The position numbers were made by a program, and so were the translations under genes. Under the pieces are notes generated by a model, which saw only the letters and a list, made by a program, of their open reading frames with translations, ran no database searches and was not told the DNA's origin. A stretch of DNA of 27,831 nt from contig JAZDIZ010000104.1 of NCBI GenBank assembly GCA_043804515.1, positions 1 to 27,831 of the forward strand, given 5' to 3'. Shown here one piece after another: positions 9,206 to 17,411 of the stretch. Each line of letters begins with the position of its first letter. Positions within the stretch are counted from its first letter, which is position 1. Source of the stretch: Pseudomonadota bacterium. Its GTDB lineage: Bacteria > Bdellovibrionota_G > JALEGL01 > DATDPG01.

Positions 9206-9763
9206 CTACTTCGCCCGGCCCAGGTACTCGCCGGTCGTGGTGTCGACTTCGATCGTCTCGCCTTCCGAAATGAAGCCGGGGACCTGCACGGTGGCGCCGG
9301 TTTCCACTTCGGCGGCCTTGAACGCATTCGTGACCGTGGCTGACTTCATGAAGGGCTCCGTGTGCGTGATTTTCACCTTCACCTTGTCGGGAAGCTCGAC
9401 GCCGATCGGTTGCTCTTCGAAGCGCTCGACTTTGAGTTTCAGGTTGGGGGTCAGCCACAGCGTGGCGTCGCCGAGAATCTCCGCCGATAAATGGAACTGC
9501 TCGTACGTTTCCGTGTCCATGAAGTGATAGATGTCCCCGTCTTTGTACAGGAATTCGATTTCGCGATTTTCGAGATAGACCCGCTCCACGTCTTCCTGGG
9601 CGCGGAACCTCCGCTCGGTCTGAATGTCGGTCTTCACCCCCCGAAGCTTGGTTTGCACCAAGGCACCGAGGTTTCCCGGCGTGAGGTGTTTTGCGCTCAG
9701 GACGCGGAACAGTTGTCCGTCCACTTGAAGGATCATGCCGGGTTTGATGCTCTTGGCATTCAT
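9206..9763 (-). CDS. efp: Translation elongation factor P
   Basis: IKPGM, HLTPGN, VQTKLR, YHFMDTETYEQF, VETGATVQVPGFISEGE and VDTTTGEYLGRA. ATG 9763 is preferred because ATG 9775 overlaps the predicted -10. Confidence 0.96.
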   Translation of the reverse strand: MNAKSIKPGMILQVDGQLFRVLSAKHLTPGNLGALVQTKLRGVKTDIQTERRFRAQEDVERVYLENREIEFLYKDGDIYHFMDTETYEQFHLSAEILGDATLWLTPNLKLKVERFEEQPIGVELPDKVKVKITHTEPFMKSATVTNAFKAAEVETGATVQVPGFISEGETIEVDTTTGEYLGRAK

Positions 9764-9773
9764 GGAGCGCGGC

Positions 9774-9801
9774 ATTTTACTGATCTAAAGTCCGAAGTCA
9801 A
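9774..9801 (-). promoter_or_regulatory. Sigma70-type promoter for efp
   Basis: Minus strand TTGACT-N16-TAAAAT, ending 10 nt before the ATG at 9763. Confidence 0.6.
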
Positions 9802-9829
9802 TGCTGGAAGCGGGTGAGCGCCCGAAGCG

Positions 9830-10015
9830 CTACTTCTTCGACGGCTCGGGGGGAAGGACAGGGAGCCGGCGGCCGATGGCCGGAGTTGACGGCGCGGCAA
9901 GGCCGCATCGGGCGCAACCCCCGCCTTTTCCCGAGAACGCAGCCAACCACCCGCGGCCCAAGGCCACCAACGCGAGCGTTACGATCACAAGCACGATTAA
10001 GGTCTGCAGATCCAT
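9830..10015 (-). CDS. FeoB-associated Cys-rich small membrane protein
   Basis: Starts immediately after the feoB stop. One TM helix (MDLQTLIVLVIVTLALVAL) followed by GGGCARC. Confidence 0.8.
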   Translation of the reverse strand: MDLQTLIVLVIVTLALVALGRGWLAAFSGKGGGCARCGLAAPSTPAIGRRLPVLPPEPSKK

Positions 10016-12208
10016 TCAGGCCCCCAGCGCATGAGAAATTTGGTAGACGACCAGGGCCGCCAAATAGGCCACCGAAGTGAGATATCCGAACGTCAAGAGA
10101 GGCCATCGAAAGGAGTCGGTCTCCCGTCTGATGGTCGCCAGCGTTGCGCCGCATTGGGAGCTGAGTGCGAAGAAAACCATGATCGAGAGCGCGACAGCCA
10201 GGGAGAATATTCGGGAACCGTCCTCCCTCTTCGCATTGCGGAGCGCCGCGGTCAGGGACTCCTTCACGGAGGCCTTGTCCGAGCCAAGGTTATAGATGAT
10301 TCCCAACGTGGATATGACCACTTCTCTCGCGGGAAACGAAGCCAACGTAGCCATCCCGGTCCTCCAGTCCCACCCGAGCGGGCGCACAGCGGGTTCCAGC
10401 ACGCGTCCCAGACGCCCGAGATAGCTCTGTCGAAGGTACGTTCCTTGTTCATCTCTTCCGAGGATGTCGCGTTCCGATGCGGTGGCCACGGAGCGGGCGC
10501 GCTCGTAACGCGCGTGGATATCGATCGGATGAGGATAATAAGAAAGCGCCCACACGACGATCGCCATCGAAAAAATGATCGTCCCGGCCCGCACTGCGAA
10601 TTCCCGCACGGCGGAATACACACGGGAAAGAACGGGTTTCCACGTGGGCCATTGATAAGAAGGCAATTCCATGAAGAAAGGCGTTGAGGGGCCTTTCAGA
10701 ACCGTTCGGTTCAGGATCCAGAGGGTCGGGACCGCAACGGCGATTCCCACCAGGTGCATCATGAAAAGCACGAGGCCTTGAAGACCGATCCAGCCTCCCA
10801 AGTAGGCCTTCGCCGGGATGAAAGCCCCGATCAGGAGCACATAGATGGGAAGCCGGGCCGAACAGCTGACCAGGGGGGCCACCAGGATCGTAGCCAGACG
10901 TTGGCGCCGGTTTTCGATCACTCGGGTGGCCATGATGCCTGGAACGGCGCAGGCAAAACAGGAGATAAGAGGTATAACCGACCGGCCCGTGAGGCCGACG
11001 GAACGGAAAAGGCGGTCCGTCAGAAACGCCGCGCGGGACATGTAGCCGCAGTCCTCCAGAACGGACATGAAGAGGAACAAAATCGCGATCTGAGGAAGGA
11101 ATGTTAGGACGCTTCCGACGCCGCCGATCACGCCGTCGACCAAAAGGCTCTGGACCGGCCCGGCCGGAATCAGGTGCATGGCTTCCGCGGCGATGCCGTC
11201 GAAAGTTGTTGCGATCCCGTTCATCATGGGCGCGGCCCAGGCGTAGATCGATTGGAAAACGGTTCCGAGCATAATCGCGAGCGTGAGAGATCCCCAAAGA
11301 CGGTGCGTTACGACCGCATCCACCCGATCCGTCCATGTTTTCACGCGCACTTCGGGGGCCGTGACACACCCCTCTAGAACGGCCGAGGCCCACCTGTAGC
11401 GCGCCTCCGTTTCCAGTCTTGAGAGCGGCGCGAACGCCGACAAACGGCGGCGCGCGTCGTCCAAGACCCGCTGAAATCCTTGGCCGAACTGCTTTTTGAG
11501 GCGGGTCTCGGCGTATCCGCCCTCATCCACCAGGGCCCGGACCGCCTCGACCATGGATAGCTTCCTTCCGCCGATCGATTCCACGTTCCGCATATTGACG
11601 ACCAGAAGTTCCGCCTCCCTGACAACCTCCGGCGGAAAATGAGATTCCGGAAGCTCCCGGAGAGAGGGAATTTCCAGGGCCGCTTCCACCGCCAGGACCA
11701 GGCTTACGATACCTTTGCCTTTGTCGGCTTGCGTCGGGATCAGGGGCATTCCAAGCTTCTTGGATAGCTTGTCGGTGTCGATCCGGATGCCCTGTTTTTC
11801 GGCCACATCCATCATGTTGAGCGAACCCACGATCGGAAGAGCGAACTCCCGGAGTTGGGAAAGCAAATAGAGATTTCGCTCCAGGGTGCTTGAATCCAGG
11901 ATCGCAAGGATGAGGTCGACGGGCCTCTCCCCCTTTTGCTGGCCGAGGAGGACGTCCACGGCGATCATTTCGTCCGGAGAACGCGCCGCGAGACTATAAG
12001 TCCCAGGAAGGTCGATCACGCGTGCCGGTCCCGAGGAGAGGCGTAGATTTCCGATCTTGTGTTCGACCGTAACGCCCGGATAGTTTCCCACCCGATTGCT
12101 GAGGCCCGTCAGCGCGTTGAAGAGTGTCGTCTTTCCGGTGTTGGGATTGCCGATCAGGGCGATCGTTACTTCGCGTGCGGGGTTTCTTGCCCCGGATACT
12201 ACGGACAT
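10016..12208 (-). CDS. feoB: Ferrous iron transporter B
   Basis: G1 GNPNTGKT, G2 NYPGVT, G3 DLPG, G4 NMMD. Membrane gate motifs LEDCGYMSR, FACAVPG, CSARLP and FFMELP. Confidence 0.98.
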   Translation of the reverse strand: MSVVSGARNPAREVTIALIGNPNTGKTTLFNALTGLSNRVGNYPGVTVEHKIGNLRLSSGPARVIDLPGTYSLAARSPDEMIAVDVLLGQQKGERPVDLILAILDSSTLERNLYLLSQLREFALPIVGSLNMMDVAEKQGIRIDTDKLSKKLGMPLIPTQADKGKGIVSLVLAVEAALEIPSLRELPESHFPPEVVREAELLVVNMRNVESIGGRKLSMVEAVRALVDEGGYAETRLKKQFGQGFQRVLDDARRRLSAFAPLSRLETEARYRWASAVLEGCVTAPEVRVKTWTDRVDAVVTHRLWGSLTLAIMLGTVFQSIYAWAAPMMNGIATTFDGIAAEAMHLIPAGPVQSLLVDGVIGGVGSVLTFLPQIAILFLFMSVLEDCGYMSRAAFLTDRLFRSVGLTGRSVIPLISCFACAVPGIMATRVIENRRQRLATILVAPLVSCSARLPIYVLLIGAFIPAKAYLGGWIGLQGLVLFMMHLVGIAVAVPTLWILNRTVLKGPSTPFFMELPSYQWPTWKPVLSRVYSAVREFAVRAGTIIFSMAIVVWALSYYPHPIDIHARYERARSVATASERDILGRDEQGTYLRQSYLGRLGRVLEPAVRPLGWDWRTGMATLASFPAREVVISTLGIIYNLGSDKASVKESLTAALRNAKREDGSRIFSLAVALSIMVFFALSSQCGATLATIRRETDSFRWPLLTFGYLTSVAYLAALVVYQISHALGA

Positions 12209-12441
12209 TGTTCCACATCAACCTGCGCTGCATCGGCTTTTCGAATGGAGAGGTGGTAGCCCTTCAAACGCAGTTCCATGGGGTCCCCGAGCGGCGCAAG
12301 CCGAATGACCTCGACCGTCGATCCTTGAATCATTCCCATTTCCATCAACCTTTGGCCAACGCCGTTGTGCAGGCGCACGTTGAGCACCTTGCAGCGTTCC
12401 CCTGGGGGTACTTGGTTTAACGTCCAGCGCTTTGACAACAT
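12199..12441 (-). CDS. feoA: Ferrous iron transport protein A
   Basis: QRLMEMGMIQGSTVEVIRLAPLGDPMELRLKGYHLSIRK. ATG 12441 has an AGGTGG SD. Overlaps the feoB start. Confidence 0.95.
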   Translation of the reverse strand: MLSKRWTLNQVPPGERCKVLNVRLHNGVGQRLMEMGMIQGSTVEVIRLAPLGDPMELRLKGYHLSIRKADAAQVDVEQCP

Positions 12442-12460
12442 CTTTCCACCTTCTGTTCTG

Positions 12461-12497
12461 TAATGATAAATCATATCATTATTGAGAAAGATCTCAA
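12461..12497. promoter_or_regulatory. Fur-like operator(s) overlapping the feoA promoter
   Basis: TAATGATA-AATCA-TATCATTA (12461-12481) is a perfect inverted repeat resembling the Fur 7-1-7 box. TTGAGA-AAGA-TCTCAA lies next to it. A minus-strand promoter TTGAGA-N16-TATGAT lies within. Confidence 0.8.
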
Positions 12498-12614
12498 AGG
12501 GTTGTTTTATCGTTGCGGATCGGGCTCTTACATTCTTTCGCCCGAGCCCCGGGAGGTGAGAGATCCCGTGGAAATTGGGCAGCGCCAGGATCAACTGGTA
12601 GGATGCCGACCTTC

Positions 12615-13562
12615 ATGAGCAAGTGCCTTGTGACCGGGGCGGCCGGCTTTATCGGGTCGCACATTGCCGAAACACTCATCCGCAGGGGGGATCCCGTCGT
12701 GGTGGTGGATAACCTCTCGACCGGAAGGCAGCGGAACCTGGATCATCTGAAGTTGCTGGGCGGGGAACTCGAGATCATGATCGGCGATCTGCGTGATCCC
12801 GAGGTGTGCCGGAAGGCCGTTCAAGGCGTGGAATACGTGTTCCACCAGGCGGCGCTCGGATCGGTTCCCAAGTCCGTAATCGATCCGCTCGAGTCACATC
12901 ATTCCAACGTCACGGCCACCATTCAGCTTCTCTTGGCATGCCGTGAGGCCGGCGTCGGGCGTATCGTGAACGCGGCTTCATCCTCGGCTTACGGGGAAAC
13001 CCCCGAGCTCCCGAAAAGGGAATCCATGGTGCCGAACCCTTTGTCCCCCTATGCCGTCACGAAACTGGCGCAGGAGCATTACTGCCACGCCTTTTCGGCC
13101 TCCTATAGATTGGAGACCGTGTCCTTGCGTTATTTCAACGTGTACGGGCCACGGCAGGATCCCGATTCGCAGTATGCGGCCGTCATTCCCCTCTTCTTCA
13201 AAGCCTTTCTGGCCGGGAAGCAGCCCACGATTTTCGGCGACGGCGAACAAACGCGCGACTTCACGTACGTAGCGGATGTGGTGGATGCCAACCTCAAGGC
13301 CTCCCAGATGAAGGGCGCCCGCGGTGAGATTTTCAATATCGGCGGGGGCAAGGCCGTTTCAATCAACCAGCTGGTCCGGATTCAGGCGGGCCTGGTAGGG
13401 GTGGAGGCACGTCCCGTCTATGCTCCCCCGCGGCCGGGGGACATCAAACATTCGCTTGCCGACATCAACCGCGCCCGGAGCGGGCTAAGCTTTCACCCCA
13501 CGACGTCATTGGAAGTGGGCCTTCGTAAGACGCTTGAGTGGTATCGAAGCTCTAGCGTCTGA
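12615..13562 (+). CDS. NAD-dependent nucleotide-sugar epimerase/dehydratase (SDR, WbpP/UDP-GlcNAc 4-epimerase-like)
   Basis: VTGAAGFIGS, HQAALGSVPKS, ASSSAYG, YAVTK (YxxxK), LRYFNVYGPRQDP and GDGEQTRDF. Confidence 0.93.
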   Translation: MSKCLVTGAAGFIGSHIAETLIRRGDPVVVVDNLSTGRQRNLDHLKLLGGELEIMIGDLRDPEVCRKAVQGVEYVFHQAALGSVPKSVIDPLESHHSNVTATIQLLLACREAGVGRIVNAASSSAYGETPELPKRESMVPNPLSPYAVTKLAQEHYCHAFSASYRLETVSLRYFNVYGPRQDPDSQYAAVIPLFFKAFLAGKQPTIFGDGEQTRDFTYVADVVDANLKASQMKGARGEIFNIGGGKAVSINQLVRIQAGLVGVEARPVYAPPRPGDIKHSLADINRARSGLSFHPTTSLEVGLRKTLEWYRSSSV

Positions 13563-13571
13563 ACCGCGTTC

Positions 13572-14825
13572 TCACGTTCCCGACGAGTAATCGTTCCGGT
13601 ATTTCTCCTGCTCCTTCGTGAGCCGGTCGATTGCAAGCCCCATCGTTTCCAGCTTCAGCTGCGCGATCTCCTGGTCCTGCTCCTTGGATAGCGTGTACAC
13701 CTTCTTCTCCATGTTCTTTCCTTCCCTGGAAAGATGGAGAAGCGCTAGAAACTGATTCGCGAAGGACATGTCCATCACTTCGGAGGGGTGGCCTTCGGCC
13801 GCCACGAGGTTCACCAGCCGGCCCTGAGCCAGAACGTAAACGCGCGGTCCGCCGCGAAGGCGATACTCCTCGTTGTGGGGGCGGATTTCCCGGACGGAGG
13901 CGGCAAGGTCCTTGAGGTGTCCGAGGTTGAGCTCGCAATCGTAATGCCCCGTATTGCAGACCACCGCGCCGTCTTTCATCTTCTCGAAATGGCGCTTGAC
14001 GATCACGTCGATCATCCCCGTGGCGGTGATGAAAATGTCGCCGATCGGGGCCGCGTCATTCATTGTCATGACCCGGTGGCCTTCCAGCGTCGCGCGCAGG
14101 GCGGCGATCGGGTCCACCTCGGTGATGATCGTATTGGCGCCCATTCCCTTGGCTCGAAGAGCCACACCGCGTCCGCAGTGGCCGTAACCGGCAATGACAA
14201 AGTTCTTTCCCGCGATCAGAATCCCCGTGGCGCGCAGGATTCCGTCGAGTGAGGACTGGCCGGTGCCGTACACGTTGTCAAAATCGCATTTCGTTTCCGA
14301 ATCGTTCACGGCGAATACGGGGTAGAGGAGCGCATTATCGGCGGCCATGGCACGAAGGCGGTGAACGCCCGTCGTGGTTTCTTCCGTTCCCCCGATCATG
14401 GTTTTCGCCAACTCCCGGTGCTTCTGGTGGACGGTGAAGATGAGATCCGCGCCGTCATCGAGCGTCAGATTCGGCTGCATCGCGAGCGTTCGGTCAATGC
14501 ACTCGTAGAATTTCTCCTTGCTCATGCCGTACCAGGCGAAGATGGGGATCCCTTCCGAAGCCAGGGCGGCGGCGACATCGTCCTGTGTGGATAACGGATT
14601 GCACCCGGACCAGGACACTTCGGCGCCTGCCGCCACGAGCGTGCGCACCAGAACGGCGGTCTCCCGCGTCACATGCAGGCATCCCGCGATCCGGAATCCT
14701 TTGAACGGTTTTGATGTGGAGTACTTTCCGCGAAGAGCCATCAGAACCGGCATCCGTGACTCGGCCCACGCGATTTGGTTCCGACCCTGGGGGGTTAGAT
14801 CGATGTTTGCGACTTGGTACGTCAT
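13572..14825 (-). CDS. ahcY: Adenosylhomocysteinase
   Basis: GCLHVT, SGCNPLSTQD, LDDGADL, EETTTGV, FDNVYGTGQS, GYGHCGRG, GRLVNL and GHPSEVMDMSF. SD AAGGAG. Confidence 0.97.
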   Translation of the reverse strand: MTYQVANIDLTPQGRNQIAWAESRMPVLMALRGKYSTSKPFKGFRIAGCLHVTRETAVLVRTLVAAGAEVSWSGCNPLSTQDDVAAALASEGIPIFAWYGMSKEKFYECIDRTLAMQPNLTLDDGADLIFTVHQKHRELAKTMIGGTEETTTGVHRLRAMAADNALLYPVFAVNDSETKCDFDNVYGTGQSSLDGILRATGILIAGKNFVIAGYGHCGRGVALRAKGMGANTIITEVDPIAALRATLEGHRVMTMNDAAPIGDIFITATGMIDVIVKRHFEKMKDGAVVCNTGHYDCELNLGHLKDLAASVREIRPHNEEYRLRGGPRVYVLAQGRLVNLVAAEGHPSEVMDMSFANQFLALLHLSREGKNMEKKVYTLSKEQDQEIAQLKLETMGLAIDRLTKEQEKYRNDYSSGT

Positions 14826-14845
14826 TGAAGGTCTCCTTTAAACTC

Positions 14846-16042
14846 CTAAATCGTGAATTGAAACGCCAGATCGATGAAACTGTCATCGGCGTGGCCCGCC
14901 GGCGAAGCCTCCTGACGACGCCACGTGTACTGAAGCTGGGTCTTTTCGCGGTGATCGCCGAAGAGATAAAGATTCCAGGCTGCGGCGGCCTCGTAATTGG
15001 TGTCGTTCGTGACGTTCGTATCGGGCTCCAGCCAGCCGAATCGTGCTGCGAGCTCCAGCTTGTTGGAGTGAATGAACACGGACGGCTGGACGTAGAAACC
15101 CATGCTCGTCACGGCGCCGGGAGTGTTGACCCGGCGGTAGAAGAACTCGCTCTGGACCGCGGTTCCGGCGGATTTGAAAACCGCGTCCGCTGATGCGCTC
15201 CAGATATCGGCCCGTGTGGCCACGAGAGCCCCGCCTAGAGCCACATCCCGGTTCCGGTCATACGTGAAGCCCGCACCGAAATCGAATTTGGGCATTTCTG
15301 AATTTTCCACGTCCCCTTCCGAGTATCCGGCCGGCCCCATCGGGGACGCGACGGCACGCACGACCACGAGATGGGCGAACCCGCGTCCCGATACGTCGTT
15401 GGAAACATTCTCGCCGTTGGTATTGAGAGAATTCGGTTGGAACCCCGTTCCCAGGATGGGGTTTCCGCCCCCGTTGAAAACGCCCATGCTTATGGCGAAC
15501 GTATTCCGGTCACTGTTCAAGGCGATCCCCCGATCCCTACCGAGCGTGAAAAAACGGGTTGCGAGGGAGCGATCCACGAAGTTCAAGTTGCCGGAATACG
15601 TGATCCACTCGCGTGCATACGGGACCTTGAACTGGCCGAATTGGACGTTCCACTCCGGGCGCAGGAACCGGATGTAGTAGTCCTCCAGCGTGAAGCTCCC
15701 GTTTGCCGATTCCGGTGCCGGGCTAAGGCTCGGCCCGCGGGTTTGTGTCGCACCCGCCGCTTGGACGTAGAACTGCAGGGACGGGGTGTAGACATTTCCG
15801 CCGGCGTAGATCTTGGCGTGGTACAGATCGAAGGAGCTGAAATTGGGTTGCGAGCCCGGAAAGCCGGCGGTGTAGCCGAAATTCAGCCGGCTTCCGACCT
15901 TCAAAAGGAACTTATTGTCAGGAGTCTTGAGATAAAAGCCGTCCATATAGCCGGCCTCAAGGCTCGAGTAGGGCTCGGAGGCGGACGCGGCGCCGCCGGC
16001 CATGAGGATCAAAAAGAGGATGCCGGGAAGTGAAGTTCGCAT
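14846..16042 (-). CDS. Outer-membrane porin (phosphate-selective porin OprO/OprP-like)
   Basis: Signal peptide, GFYLKTPD, GQFKVPY, RDRGI, GFYVQ, alternating beta-strand pattern and C-terminal FQFTI. Confidence 0.75.
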   Translation of the reverse strand: MRTSLPGILFLILMAGGAASASEPYSSLEAGYMDGFYLKTPDNKFLLKVGSRLNFGYTAGFPGSQPNFSSFDLYHAKIYAGGNVYTPSLQFYVQAAGATQTRGPSLSPAPESANGSFTLEDYYIRFLRPEWNVQFGQFKVPYAREWITYSGNLNFVDRSLATRFFTLGRDRGIALNSDRNTFAISMGVFNGGGNPILGTGFQPNSLNTNGENVSNDVSGRGFAHLVVVRAVASPMGPAGYSEGDVENSEMPKFDFGAGFTYDRNRDVALGGALVATRADIWSASADAVFKSAGTAVQSEFFYRRVNTPGAVTSMGFYVQPSVFIHSNKLELAARFGWLEPDTNVTNDTNYEAAAAWNLYLFGDHREKTQLQYTWRRQEASPAGHADDSFIDLAFQFTI

Positions 16043-16076
16043 GTAAAGTACTCGTGATTACGTGAGCACTTCCGCC

Positions 16077-16592
16077 ATGTCAAAAGCTACGCGATGTTTT
16101 TGGGGGCTCCTTGTGGCTCTGGCAGGGGTCGGTTTTTCCGGATCCCGCGCCGAAGCCCAGGATCGAACCGGATATGTGGGCCAATCGGTGATCCTCCCGT
16201 ACCAATTCAATCCCACTACGGGAAGGGGAGACTCCGCATACGCCATCGATATCGGCATGGCCCTAACGGAGCGATGGTTCGGGCGCGCCTCCGTCGAGTT
16301 TGCGCTTCAAGGGGCAGGCCGGATCGGCCTGGCCGTAGGGCCGGAGGTGTATTTCGGCCTTCCGTGGATGATCAAGCCTCTGGCCACGGTCCAGGCGCTT
16401 TATGTGTTCTCGCCCACGTCGGATTTCGGCGTTCGGGGCGCGATCGGCGCCGAATGGAATCTTAAATTCCTGACCGGGATCGACAATCTCCGGTTTACAT
16501 TGCAATCCGGAGTTTTGGCGATTCTCAAGAGGCAGGTGCGGAACCAGATTTACTGGGAAACCGCCCGCGCGGGTTTCAGCTGGAATTTTTGA
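16077..16592 (+). CDS. Hypothetical small outer-membrane beta-barrel protein
   Basis: Signal peptide ending AEA, amphipathic strands and C-terminal FSWNF (BAM-type aromatic end). The start could be GTG 16062 or ATG 16077. Confidence 0.65.
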   Translation: MSKATRCFWGLLVALAGVGFSGSRAEAQDRTGYVGQSVILPYQFNPTTGRGDSAYAIDIGMALTERWFGRASVEFALQGAGRIGLAVGPEVYFGLPWMIKPLATVQALYVFSPTSDFGVRGAIGAEWNLKFLTGIDNLRFTLQSGVLAILKRQVRNQIYWETARAGFSWNF

Positions 16593-16601
16593 CGTGAAAT
16601 C

Positions 16602-16667
16602 GGGTGACAGCTATCCTATTTCCGGAACCGAAGGACCAAGAAGGCTTTAATAGGATAACTGACACCC
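16602..16667. repeat. 19-bp inverted repeat with a 28-nt spacer between convergent genes (REPIN-like or bidirectional terminator)
   Basis: GGGTGACAGCTATCCTATT (16602-16620) and AATAGGATAACTGACACCC (16649-16667) are 17/19 complementary. Confidence 0.75.
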
Positions 16668-16678
16668 AATTATGAAGA

Positions 16679-17332
16679 TCAATAGACCGGCGGAAAGAGT
16701 CTCCAACTCCTCCGTCGGTACTCTTCGTAGTCATCACCGAACCGCTTTGTAAGGGCGGCTTCCTCCGCTGAGATGCGGCGGGAATATGCAAAGGCCAACA
16801 AGGGCCACGCCACGATGGCGCATAGAGGAACACTCAACAGAAACGGAAGAGCGGCCCAAAACAGAACGGCTCCCGTGTAACTGGGATGCCGGATCCAACG
16901 GTAGACACCGTGCTGGATTAGCTTCTGTGAATCCTGGACCGTCACGGCGGCCGTAAACCATTGCCCCAAGGTCCGGATGGCGATAAGACGCAGAGCCATT
17001 CCGCCAATAGCGACTACGGCGCCAACGATCGAGAGAGAACTCATGGCTGGGAGGGGTCCAAACCGGTGACGCTCCCAGAGGTAGGCTCCGTACGACGTGG
17101 CGAATATGCCGTAAGCGCAGACCTGAAGAATCAGAAGTGTCGACCGATCTTCAGATGTCGCCTGCTCCCGCCCAAGTGTCGCGTACTTGAGGTTAGGCTG
17201 ACTTCCGACCAGCACGGCAGCCAGAAGGAAAAAGAGCCAGATCCGCCAATCGTTGAAGGGACCTGGAACAAACAGCGCGGGGCCACCCAAAAGAACGGCG
17301 GGCATCAAGAACGCTTTCAACCAGCGAGGCAT
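16679..17332 (-). CDS. Isoprenylcysteine carboxyl methyltransferase (ICMT/Ste14/PEMT) family membrane protein
   Basis: Multiple TMs, AIRTLGQWFT, LIQHGVYRWIRHPSYTG and RISAEEAALTKRFGDDYEEYRRRSWRLFP. Confidence 0.9.
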   Translation of the reverse strand: MPRWLKAFLMPAVLLGGPALFVPGPFNDWRIWLFFLLAAVLVGSQPNLKYATLGREQATSEDRSTLLILQVCAYGIFATSYGAYLWERHRFGPLPAMSSLSIVGAVVAIGGMALRLIAIRTLGQWFTAAVTVQDSQKLIQHGVYRWIRHPSYTGAVLFWAALPFLLSVPLCAIVAWPLLAFAYSRRISAEEAALTKRFGDDYEEYRRRSWRLFPPVY

Positions 17333-17411
17333 AGGATTTATGAGTGAAATGATGCCCTATCTGTTTGTTTTTCCAAGAGAAAGACGGTAAACATCCTTTG
17401 AGCTCGCCTCG

